A stretch of DNA of 64,000 nt, taken from positions 64,001 through 128,000 of IMG/VR virus record IMGVR_UViG_3300028883_000033; one strand, 5' to 3'. The position numbers and the translations under genes were made by a program. The stretch's first letter is position 1. Every line of letters starts with the position of its first letter. Below, piece by piece: positions 30,498 to 39,600 of the stretch. Source of the stretch: a virus. Below the pieces are notes generated by a model that worked only from the letters and a program-made list of their open reading frames with translations, ran no database searches and was not told the origin of the DNA.

Positions 30498-31730
30498 TTA
30501 GTCTGGGAAGGCTAACTGCATTTGTTTTCCGTATATGGCCCGTGCTAACTCATTCCAATTGGTGGATTGTGCAATATTTTGTCGTATCACATTCAATTCA
30601 CGGAGGATTTCGGCAAATACTACCAAAGTTCTCTTGTAAATCTCTTCCGTGTATCTAATGACCTTTCCTGATGTTAATACGAGTTCATATGTTGTCCACT
30701 GTCGTTTAAAAGCACCTCGGGCTGTATCTAACCGACCCAACGCACTATTGACGGCATGATCAAACACAGCCTTTGCAGCATCAAGGTCATATAAATTCCA
30801 GTCCGCGAGAAATTGTTCGACCGTTTCGTACTTTTTAAGTGTACGAGTAATCGTCATATATTTCCCAAGGCCCGTAATGCCAATCAGCTCTGCAATCTCT
30901 GATAGCATGTTATCGTATATTGATGTTTTTTGATACCCAACAGTGGCCGCAAACGTGTCATACAGATGTTTGTTGTTTGCTGGATTGAATCGAGGACCAG
31001 CCGACTTGAGCTCATTGCGGATAGCAAAATTGAACTGATTGATTAACGTAAATGTATGTTTATCAACCAGCTTTACAGTTACTCCCGTCTTTGGGTCTTG
31101 TATTACAATTCCTTCTACTCCAAAATCTTCGTGCGGCTCTACATTCGCGGCGTCGCGGAAGACAGGTTTGATGTTACGGAGAATTTGATCCACGAGCATG
31201 GTTTTTAGTTCGTCCTTGGAAGTACTATCGCTGATGTATACGTTATCCACCATGATTGAAGGAACATCATGAAACGTCCATGAAGAGGTCACGCGTTCAC
31301 TGTATGTCTCAATCCCATCATCTGAGAATATCATATTCGTACTAACTTCCACGGGTCCTTTGGGAAGGGGCTTTGGATATTTGTTGATGAACACTATACG
31401 ATTTGAACCATACACCACAGCATTTGGCTGACGTCCATATAGGATTTCAATCTCATACTGCGTTCCGGGGATGGGCTGTCGACTCAACTTGGCTGATAAT
31501 GCAACATGCGCTGCTTTGAACGTATTGTTGACGGGAATGTCTTCATAGTCGGCATGCGTGTAATATAGCTCGGCCCGACCCTTGTTCATGCGTGTTGTAT
31601 AAAATCTACCACTGTCATCAAAACCAAAGACTAGATTCGAACCGTCAATCTTTTCAGTAACCCTCATGTTGCGGAGGTTCTTCACCATATGCATCATCTG
31701 ATCTTTGGGTAATTCTTCGATATGCTTCAT
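30498..31730 (-). CDS. Ligase-fold nucleotidyltransferase-like protein
   Basis: Motif I EKIDGSN, motif IV EGIVI, motif V VKLVD. Confidence 0.6.
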   Translation of the reverse strand: MKHIEELPKDQMMHMVKNLRNMRVTEKIDGSNLVFGFDDSGRFYTTRMNKGRAELYYTHADYEDIPVNNTFKAAHVALSAKLSRQPIPGTQYEIEILYGRQPNAVVYGSNRIVFINKYPKPLPKGPVEVSTNMIFSDDGIETYSERVTSSWTFHDVPSIMVDNVYISDSTSKDELKTMLVDQILRNIKPVFRDAANVEPHEDFGVEGIVIQDPKTGVTVKLVDKHTFTLINQFNFAIRNELKSAGPRFNPANNKHLYDTFAATVGYQKTSIYDNMLSEIAELIGITGLGKYMTITRTLKKYETVEQFLADWNLYDLDAAKAVFDHAVNSALGRLDTARGAFKRQWTTYELVLTSGKVIRYTEEIYKRTLVVFAEILRELNVIRQNIAQSTNWNELARAIYGKQMQLAFPD

Positions 31731-31749
31731 TTATTATTGTCCTTAAACG

Positions 31750-31775
31750 AAAAAGCCCGGCAGGCGCCGGGCTTT
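31750..31775 (-). terminator. Rho-independent terminator
   Basis: On the - strand AAAGCCCGGC-GCCT-GCCGGGCTTTTT. Confidence 0.8.
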
Positions 31776-31804
31776 ATTCTACGTTGGTTCAATGAAACAG
31801 TCAA
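31776..31804 (-). promoter_or_regulatory. Sigma70-like promoter
   Basis: TTGACT-17-TAGAAT; the start site would fall inside the terminator stem. Confidence 0.7.
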
Positions 31805-32118
31805 TCAAGAATTTCAGTGTTGTCTTTCTTGAACGTCCGCCACTTTGCGGAAACAGTCTTGCCGGTAGAATGTTCTACCCACGTTTCGAAATCGAACAGT
31901 GCAGCAACAGCAGTCTGGTAGTATGACTGATAGTCAGCCCAAAGCTGCTGAAACTCATCTCGCTCTTCTTCCGTTAGGGTTGTAACATCAATTGCCTTGA
32001 TGTTGTCCTGTGGGATGAAGGTCGGAATAATGTACCGTTCGGTGACTTCACCTTGTTCACCACCTCCTAGGCTGGTGGCTCTTTTATACTTGATATGCGT
32101 TATTTCGTTCTGTTTCAT
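31801..32118 (-). CDS. Hypothetical protein (WYL/Sm-like pattern)
   Basis: I.Y......GE.TER.I.P ... WRTFK.D. Confidence 0.55.
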   Translation of the reverse strand: MKQNEITHIKYKRATSLGGGEQGEVTERYIIPTFIPQDNIKAIDVTTLTEEERDEFQQLWADYQSYYQTAVAALFDFETWVEHSTGKTVSAKWRTFKKDNTEILD

Positions 32119-32126
32119 CTCAAGGA

Positions 32127-32417
32127 TTACTCACCGTCTGGCGAGGCCTCGGTTGTAGCTTCTACTGCTTCCTCGGCTGCTGCTTCAGCATCCCCTGCTT
32201 CAGCTTCTTCCTTCTCCTTGCGGACCTGAAGAATGATCTGACGGGAGAGATCGTTCTTTGCTGCACTGATCTGCATCAGGCGGCCGCGGGCATCAGCTTC
32301 ATCCTGCGCCCACTCATTAAAGATCTCGACCATTGCCTTAACTTCATTAGACATACCGTCGACTGCGTAAGGGGTTCCGTCGATGTTAAGAACCTTGATA
32401 TCTTCTACTTTTGGCAT
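32127..32417 (-). CDS. Small coiled-coil hypothetical protein
   Basis: IDG..Y.VD.MS.E.K motif; AGGAG SD. Confidence 0.65.
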   Translation of the reverse strand: MPKVEDIKVLNIDGTPYAVDGMSNEVKAMVEIFNEWAQDEADARGRLMQISAAKNDLSRQIILQVRKEKEEAEAGDAEAAAEEAVEATTEASPDGE

Positions 32418-32470
32418 TTTAGTTTCTCCTATTGCTAGCTATAGTTGTAGTTATAAAACTCAGACCTGCG

Positions 32471-33799
32471 TCATACCGAGGACATCAGATCCAAGAGTGA
32501 GTTTCCACCATTTGTGCTGGAAGAGTCAACGAAGTCGCTCTTATCGTCTTTCTTTTTGAATTCCAATTTGTTGGGGGTGCCCCTGTCATCTTCGTCGACA
32601 ATTCGTAGGTGACTGCCAATCCATTTCATATAAACGGTTTGACCGACACCATCACTGTTACGTGTTTTCTGGAACGTAAACGCACAAACGCCTTGCGCCT
32701 TCATTGCTTCGGTTAGCTGAATGGTCCACCAAGTGTCACATTCGTTAATTTTACTAACACCTCCAGCAATGTGTTCATGACCGACGCGTGTTGCTTTATG
32801 TGCTTCTCTATTTAGCTGTGAAGCTGTCGCGATTGCCATATTGTATTCAATACCCAAATCGCGGGCCTGTTCAGATACGAGTTTGTCCTTTGTCCACACG
32901 TCGCTCATGTCAATGTTTTGATTCGGACTCATTTTATCAATATAGTCAATGATCAGAACATCAGGCATGATACCGTAGTGTAAACTGTATTCTTTCAGAT
33001 ACGCTTTGATCTGGTTTGCTTTAGTTCCTGAAGGCATTAACTTGATATCGAGTACCCCAATGCCCTCGGTTTGTTCAGCCATTGCCAAACGGGTGGTAAT
33101 TTCACTAACGTGTTGTTTCCATACCTTACGGCTGACACCTGTAAACATGGTATCAAAGCGTTGAGCAACAACATCCTCTGCAAGCTCAAGCGATAGGTAC
33201 AGAATGTTATACCCTTGATGTATCATGTTGAACGCAAGGTTGGATAGGGTGATAGATTTACCACCACCTGATGTTGCGGATACCAACAACAGTTCCTTGC
33301 GAGAAATTCCACCAAACAACATTTCGTCAACATCTTTCCAACCTGTTGATAGTACAGGACTCTCTGTCAGCATGCGTTGCAGTCGAGCTTCTGGATCTTC
33401 AAAGTATCGTAAACCGAGGTTTCGGTTGAGAGATATCAGGACGGCATCGCGTATAATGCTCTCCATTTTACCATAATCGCCTTCCTCAATTAACTTAGGG
33501 GTTGCGAGCACGGCTTTTTCGATTGCACGTCGCCTACAGAAAGTCTCAATTTCGTTTGTTGTGTATTCTAGTTGGTCTTTTGTTACTTCTTTCTTCGAGA
33601 GATGAACACCCGTTTCTGCTTCCACCTGCGATGGATCTGGCGTGGTGTTATACTCTTCGAAGTAGTCCTTCATGAATCGAACAGCATTCTTATATTCCGG
33701 ATCAAAATAATCCGGTTCAACAATAGCCTGACAGATGCCAAACGTGTCGGTGGAAGAGATGAGATATTCGATTAAGAGTTTCTGCTTATTATTATCCAT
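32471..33799 (-). CDS. gp41: Replicative helicase (T4 gp41/DnaB-like)
   Basis: Walker A ATSGGGKS, LSLEL, IIDYID, TASQLNR, KTRN. Confidence 0.92.
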   Translation of the reverse strand: MDNNKQKLLIEYLISSTDTFGICQAIVEPDYFDPEYKNAVRFMKDYFEEYNTTPDPSQVEAETGVHLSKKEVTKDQLEYTTNEIETFCRRRAIEKAVLATPKLIEEGDYGKMESIIRDAVLISLNRNLGLRYFEDPEARLQRMLTESPVLSTGWKDVDEMLFGGISRKELLLVSATSGGGKSITLSNLAFNMIHQGYNILYLSLELAEDVVAQRFDTMFTGVSRKVWKQHVSEITTRLAMAEQTEGIGVLDIKLMPSGTKANQIKAYLKEYSLHYGIMPDVLIIDYIDKMSPNQNIDMSDVWTKDKLVSEQARDLGIEYNMAIATASQLNREAHKATRVGHEHIAGGVSKINECDTWWTIQLTEAMKAQGVCAFTFQKTRNSDGVGQTVYMKWIGSHLRIVDEDDRGTPNKLEFKKKDDKSDFVDSSSTNGGNSLLDLMSSV

Positions 33800-33807
33800 A
33801 GAACGGA

Positions 33808-33837
33808 ATTATAAAGACAATTTGTGGTGAACGTCAA
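33808..33837 (-). promoter_or_regulatory. Sigma70-like promoter, ATG 8 nt after -10
   Basis: TTGACG-18-TATAAT-TCCGTTCT-ATG. Confidence 0.75.
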
Positions 33838-33840
33838 CCG

Positions 33841-34842
33841 TTATACGGAGCGAATAAGAGGGTAAACGTCGCGAGGAACCTCTGGCACAACAAAAAATTC
33901 GCCGTTGTTGTAATAGAATCCGCTTGGATTCTTTTCGGAGGTTACATCCGTTACATCGACGTACTGGTTGAGAATCTTATCAACTGGCTGATACGGCGAC
34001 CCAGCGAGGAGAACAAGTATATCCCCAGTTGCTATGGGAGATGGTGTTCCTGTTCCCCCGGAACTATCAACGCCGGTAAATTTGAAAGTAGACCCAGATC
34101 CGATTGCTCCGAATGTCATCTCGGGGACGATTCCATTGAATGACCGAACACTGTAGATTTGTCCCTTAACAATGACTCCTTGGTCGTAATCCACCCATGG
34201 TGATGCGAGAGATGGCTCAGTATCGATTGAGTACTGAACAGTGTCAGTGATACCTGATGGTGTTGTAAATTCAACTTCCAGCGAAATCGCTGAAGTAGCA
34301 TTAAATGACCCAATCCTTGTTGCAATGGAGATTTCACCTCCACTGGAGAATTGTATTGGGGATTCCACTTCAACGGCCTCTCTGATTGTGGGTTTAAACA
34401 GATCAGGATCTGATTGTCTGGCAACGAGTTGAGCAATACCTGACCACGACCTACTAAAGACCAACCTGATTGTGTTGTCGTTGACGATAATAATATCGTC
34501 TGGTGTAATCTCTTCGCGGTTGTCTAGGTTACCCTCAATCGGGCGGTCAACGAAAACGGATACGATGGGAACAGCGCCCATGTTATGAACAATGATCCAC
34601 TCGTCACGCTCGACAGCCTGAGCGTGATTGTGTAATACTTTTCGGCTTTTCCAATCATCTAACCCCGAAACAGGATCGGGAATTGTTCCTCTGATGTAAT
34701 CAGGCAACAGTCGTACTTGGTATAGTTTACCACGACACCCATGAGTGATATTGCAGCGACCTACGTGCTCCAACCCCTCTATGTTGCGTTGTAATTCAAT
34801 TTCACGCTTACACGTGTCGCATTTGTAAACTACGATTGCCAT
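33841..34842 (-). CDS. Probable virion protein with N-terminal Zn ribbon and W.I.HN domain
   Basis: C..C ... C....C; WIIVHNMG.VP.VSV. Confidence 0.5.
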   Translation of the reverse strand: MAIVVYKCDTCKREIELQRNIEGLEHVGRCNITHGCRGKLYQVRLLPDYIRGTIPDPVSGLDDWKSRKVLHNHAQAVERDEWIIVHNMGAVPIVSVFVDRPIEGNLDNREEITPDDIIIVNDNTIRLVFSRSWSGIAQLVARQSDPDLFKPTIREAVEVESPIQFSSGGEISIATRIGSFNATSAISLEVEFTTPSGITDTVQYSIDTEPSLASPWVDYDQGVIVKGQIYSVRSFNGIVPEMTFGAIGSGSTFKFTGVDSSGGTGTPSPIATGDILVLLAGSPYQPVDKILNQYVDVTDVTSEKNPSGFYYNNGEFFVVPEVPRDVYPLIRSV

Positions 34843-34848
34843 TTAGTG

Positions 34849-35136
34849 TTACAGTCCTGTTGCTAACTGGATGCCTGAAGTCTGCTGCAGGTACCCATCT
34901 TCCAATTCCTTTGGAACATTCGTTGCACGGTGCATAATATCAACCTTTCGTAGTGGAATTTCATCGTCCGGTACGGTAGCCATCCATGGAACCATCACGA
35001 GGCCTACTTGCCCCGGCCCGGTCGGTTGCATAATCAGCACCCGTGCATTTTTTATGGTTAGTGTGTTTTCGGTGTTTTCGGTTACTTTAGCGATAACTTC
35101 TTCGCCACTAACCAGTTTCATTAGTGCTATTTCCAT
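34849..35136 (-). CDS. Sm/LSm-like small protein
   Basis: KLVSGEEVIAKV ... Y.QQTSGI, common in T4-like phages. Confidence 0.65.
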   Translation of the reverse strand: MEIALMKLVSGEEVIAKVTENTENTLTIKNARVLIMQPTGPGQVGLVMVPWMATVPDDEIPLRKVDIMHRATNVPKELEDGYLQQTSGIQLATGL

Positions 35137-35386
35137 CTTTATCTCCTATCTCTTTATTTAGTCTGATGTATATTGCGTAAAAATCCACGAAAATGAACGA
35201 GACGTTGAGCCATAGTAGGGCCCATTCTTTCATCTGCCACGAAGCGACTGACCAAATAATATGACCAACAAGAAAACCAACATATGCCCACCACTCAGTC
35301 GCCCACCGTATATTAAACGATACTAGAATGGCACTGATAGTAATGAACGCGGTGGCGCTCCATTTAAAAATCTCAAATTCACTCAT
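35108..35386 (-). CDS. Small multi-TM membrane protein (PnuC-like half)
   Basis: Three Trp-rich hydrophobic segments. Confidence 0.55.
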   Translation of the reverse strand: MSEFEIFKWSATAFITISAILVSFNIRWATEWWAYVGFLVGHIIWSVASWQMKEWALLWLNVSFIFVDFYAIYIRLNKEIGDKDGNSTNETG

Positions 35387-36029
35387 CGGTGAAAATCTTG
35401 TGGTTGTTTTCGTGTCTGTAGCAGAAAGGTAGCAACACAGGGACTTGAACAGTCTGCCCTAGTTTCGGTGGTAGTGATTCCACATTAATGCGAGAAAATT
35501 CATATACCAGTTTATCAATCACCTGCCGGCTAACGCTCATGTCATTGTATAGACGAATCACAGCTTCGATGGTTTCGTTCGGACGTGCAAACGTATACGG
35601 GTACAGACGAACGCTAAGGGCTCCCAATTTTTTGACTGGAGGTTTGTTATCCTCGGGGTCCGGTTCCGGTTTAGCCGGTTCTGGTTTTGGCTCAGGCTCC
35701 GCTTCGGTTGGTTTAACTTCTCGGGTTACTTGAGGTTCTGGTTTTGGCTCCTCGACCGGCGGCAACTCTTCTTTAATTTCAACCGGTTTTTGGGGGACGA
35801 AATCTTCTCGTGATAATAGATCGCTGTGATTTTTATGAAACGGTGGTAAGATGGGAATGTAGACCTCAGTTCCCGGAACCACTCGTAGGTGCTTGTTCGA
35901 TCGATTGAACTCTTCAACAATTTTTTCTACTATACTGCCTGGCAGTTTTGGATTGTTAAAAGCAGCTACTTGGGTGTTCACTGGTTCGCTAGTAAACGTA
36001 GCCTGCTTATATTTGAAGTCAATCGACAT
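35379..36029 (-). CDS. Protein with two LysM-like modules and a Pro/Glu linker
   Basis: Repeats ending EF.R.N......G..V.(I/V)P(I/V)L(P); GAGGA SD before 36029. Confidence 0.5.
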   Translation of the reverse strand: MSIDFKYKQATFTSEPVNTQVAAFNNPKLPGSIVEKIVEEFNRSNKHLRVVPGTEVYIPILPPFHKNHSDLLSREDFVPQKPVEIKEELPPVEEPKPEPQVTREVKPTEAEPEPKPEPAKPEPDPEDNKPPVKKLGALSVRLYPYTFARPNETIEAVIRLYNDMSVSRQVIDKLVYEFSRINVESLPPKLGQTVQVPVLLPFCYRHENNHKIFTDE

Positions 36030-36630
36030 TTTGTAGTTCCTCAATCTCTTTTAGAAGATTTTCGTAATTATCAACGGTTGATGTGCGGATGGCGTAGAAG
36101 TACGGTATGTTGTACAGGATGATTTCGGATCCGGATTCTATTCCTTCGTGTAGTTTCTCGGAAGTGTATGTAAATTTCAACAGATCTGTTATTACGCTAT
36201 TTCCCCGATCCGACCCAAACTCTTCGAATATGGCATCAAAAACAGTTTTGTAATCTTGGCTGGAATTCTCGACTTCACGCGAATACATGAACTGATAACC
36301 GTCGATGGGGAATACGTAAAAGGGTTCAAGATCATCATGGTCGGCTGGTTCAAACGATAACTCACCATTTGCGAATATCGCTCGTTCGCGTAAGTTTCGC
36401 ATCTCGTTTTCGAATGCTTCATTGAATGCTTCCGAGAATTCACCGGATGGATCGGATTTCCGTTGTTTGCGCTTTCGCACCTTTACTTTATGAAAATCAC
36501 CGTAATTGCTCGAGAGATTTTTGAGCAAAGCACGACCTTCAGCCTCCTCGAAGAATTGGGAGCACCGTTCAGCGAGAATCTGAAGTTCTTCGCGAGAATC
36601 GTCGGTTTGTATTAGATCATCTACACGCAT
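36019..36630 (-). CDS. Hypothetical protein, possible degenerate ADP-ribosyltransferase-like fold
   Basis: CSQF, R.RAIF, YVFPIDGY.F.YS pattern; ATG 5 nt after TAAATA. Confidence 0.45.
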   Translation of the reverse strand: MRVDDLIQTDDSREELQILAERCSQFFEEAEGRALLKNLSSNYGDFHKVKVRKRKQRKSDPSGEFSEAFNEAFENEMRNLRERAIFANGELSFEPADHDDLEPFYVFPIDGYQFMYSREVENSSQDYKTVFDAIFEEFGSDRGNSVITDLLKFTYTSEKLHEGIESGSEIILYNIPYFYAIRTSTVDNYENLLKEIEELQNVD

Positions 36631-36635
36631 GGGTA

Positions 36636-36668
36636 TATTTAGACGTCATCAAGCCGAAGGAATAAATA
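36636..36668. promoter_or_regulatory. Divergent late promoters
   Basis: TAAATA on - (36636-36641) and + (36663-36668). Confidence 0.6.
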
Positions 36669-36699
36669 CACGAAAATCATATATTGGAGAGAATGCACC

Positions 36700-39600
36700 A
36701 TGAAGCATTACGGTTTTGAGAACCCTGAAGGCAGTAGCCTAAAAAATATAACAGCCCCTAGCGGAACGGCGTTTCCTAGTGGAACGGAGAATGCTGGTGA
36801 ATTATTTTTCCGAACCGACGAAAGCAAACTGTATTGTTATAATGGGTCTGGTTGGGTAGATTTAGCTGCAAGCGCTGTTGGAATTTCGGACATTGTTAGT
36901 GATACAACACCACAACTTGGTGGTGATTTGGACCTCAATGGGCATAATATTACAGGTGACGCCACCTTTACTGGTGTTGTGACCATTGAACAGGCATCTC
37001 CTGCAATCAAGATTATTGATACAGACAACGCAACTGCTGGGTATCACACGATCAATACTACTGGTACGAATGGGCAGAACTTTAACATTTCTATCGACCC
37101 TACCAATGAAGAAACGAATTCAAAACTCAACGTATGGATCGATGGTACAACAGTATTCACCATTGCGAATGACGGTACCCTCGAAGCAGTAACTCCCACA
37201 TACGAAAACCTTGTACTGGACGATAATGATATTCCGAACAAGAAGTACGTTGATGATAAGGTTATATCAGGAGCTCTGCAGAACGTCGTAGAGGATACCA
37301 GTCCACAGCTTGGTGGTGACCTGGACGTAAACGGAAATTCAATAATTAGTTCTCTCCAGGGCGGCAATATTGCAGTTGTAAGTGGTGATAATGCGAGCGG
37401 ATCTGCAGGAAGTGTTATAATTTCAACGGGCTTTGGCACTGCGGATAATGGAACGATTGAGTTTAATATTGGTAGCACATTAGCACTAGAAATCGAAACC
37501 GACGGAACCCTATCTACAAATGTTGTTTCGTATGAATCGCTAATCGTTGATAACAATGACATACCAAATAAAAAGTATGTTGACGATGCTATTGACACTG
37601 CTGTTGACACTGCCGTAACTGCAAATCCATTTGTTATCAGCGGTCTTATCCCCACTTTGAAAATTATCGAAACTGATGCAACAGCCGATAATAAGAATTG
37701 GTCATTGAAAGCCAACGACGAGGAACTATATTTCCAAGCTCTTACTGATGCTGACTCTGGTGGTGGAAATGTTATTGCAATTACGCGGGCTGCGCAGCAA
37801 ATCAACACACTCGAATTCCGCCAGGCTGGTGTTACTTGGGCCAAATTTGACAACGTGGATAAAGAGGTCACAATTACGGGGTCTGTTTGGATAGATGATC
37901 CAAACGTTCTGTTTAACCTAGATGATATTGTTGCACCAGATGGATATGCGTTTAAACGCATAACAACAAATGATGGCGGTGGCAACCTCAATATACGTAA
38001 CGGTATCTACTACGATGGTGGGTTCAAATACGCTACAGCAGCAGACGGTGGAGCGTTTTTAACTCTTGGTGGTGAGCTTGCCACCGGAGATGATCATGGA
38101 ACGGTAACGCTTGGTGCATACAAAGCCAACACAGGGTCGGCAGGTGATGCTGCCGGGAACCCAACAACCCGCTTGTCGCTTCGTGACGTTATTCGAATGA
38201 GTATGGACGACACGGATGTGTTCAAAGTTGATACTGACGGAACAATATCTGCAGGCGACACGGTAAACTACAAAGACCTTGTTATTGATGATAATGATAT
38301 CCCAAACAAAGCATATGTTGATGCTGTGGCTCAGGGATTAAGTACTCGCGCCGCAGCTAATGCAGCGACGACGGCAGCAATAACCGCCACGTACAGTGCT
38401 GGAACTGGCTCCCCCGAAATTGGTATTGGTTCTACACTAACAGGAACGAGCAACGGAGCACTCCCAGCACAAGACGGTGTTACGCTTGGACTGAATGATC
38501 GCTTGTTGGTCAAAAACCAAGGTGGCGGTTCGCCTGACCTAAGCTACCAGAACGGCATCTATTACTTGTCGCAAGTTGGTGATGCTGGCAATCCATTTAT
38601 CCTAACGCGATGCTTATGCACCGATGAGAATGATGAAGTGTCGGGAGCATATACGTTTATCCAGGATGGTAACACATACCAGAGCACTGGATGGGTTCTG
38701 CAAGTCGATGATCCCACAACGTTCCAAATTGGAACTGACGCAATTACTGCTGTGCAATTCTCGGCTGCTGGTTCATACACGGCAGGGTCGAATATTGATA
38801 TAACAGGCAACGCTATCAGCGTTGTGGATGGTTCTGGTTCTGGTCTTGATGCTGATACTGTTGATGGTATTGAAGCAGCATCATTCTTGCGTTCTGATAC
38901 TTCCGACACTGCAATAGGCACTCTAACGTTTACCAACACGGTTAGCTTGGAACGTGCTAATCCGTTCATACAGTTTGTTGATACCGATGGGGTGGTTGAT
39001 GATAAGACGGCTAGACTGTACTGGTATGAGAATGGTTTCCTGTTCCGTTCAATGTACGACAACAACACAACCAAAGCCAACATACTTAAACTTGATGATA
39101 GTGCTTTTCTATACCTAGACAATGTAATTTGGCACGCTGGTAATGATGGTTCTGGTTCTGGTTTGGATGCTGATACCGTTGATGGTCTGGAAGCATCACA
39201 ACTCGTTCGTGGAGATGCTGTAGATCACGCCGCTGATGTAATCATTCGTGTTGATGACGCAGACTTTGCTGTTGAAGATAGTACAGAAACGACATTCAAA
39301 TATATTTTCCGCGATCATTCTGCTGGCCTTCTGTATCTTGGCCTAGAGCCTAGTGAGAGTGTGGGTACTGGCGCCTTCTTAACATTCCGCTCCGGTGTTG
39401 ATTTTGGTGGGTATGATTCATATGGAATGAACTTCCTAACTTTCACCAACAGTGAGCCATCACAACTAACAGCGGACGGTCAAGTTGGATTCGATAGTTC
39501 TCGGGGACTCATACTCTATCGCACACAGCACGTGGGCCAAGAATCTGGTGATGGTGGTTACACGGTTCTCGATACTTCAAATATTACTGGTGGGACAAAC

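Noticed and set aside
37044-37991. 315-aa antisense ORF (also 55541-56380, 29489-30094, 38562-39122, 39676-40257)
   Set aside because: Shadow ORFs arising from codon bias of the real gene on the opposite strand.
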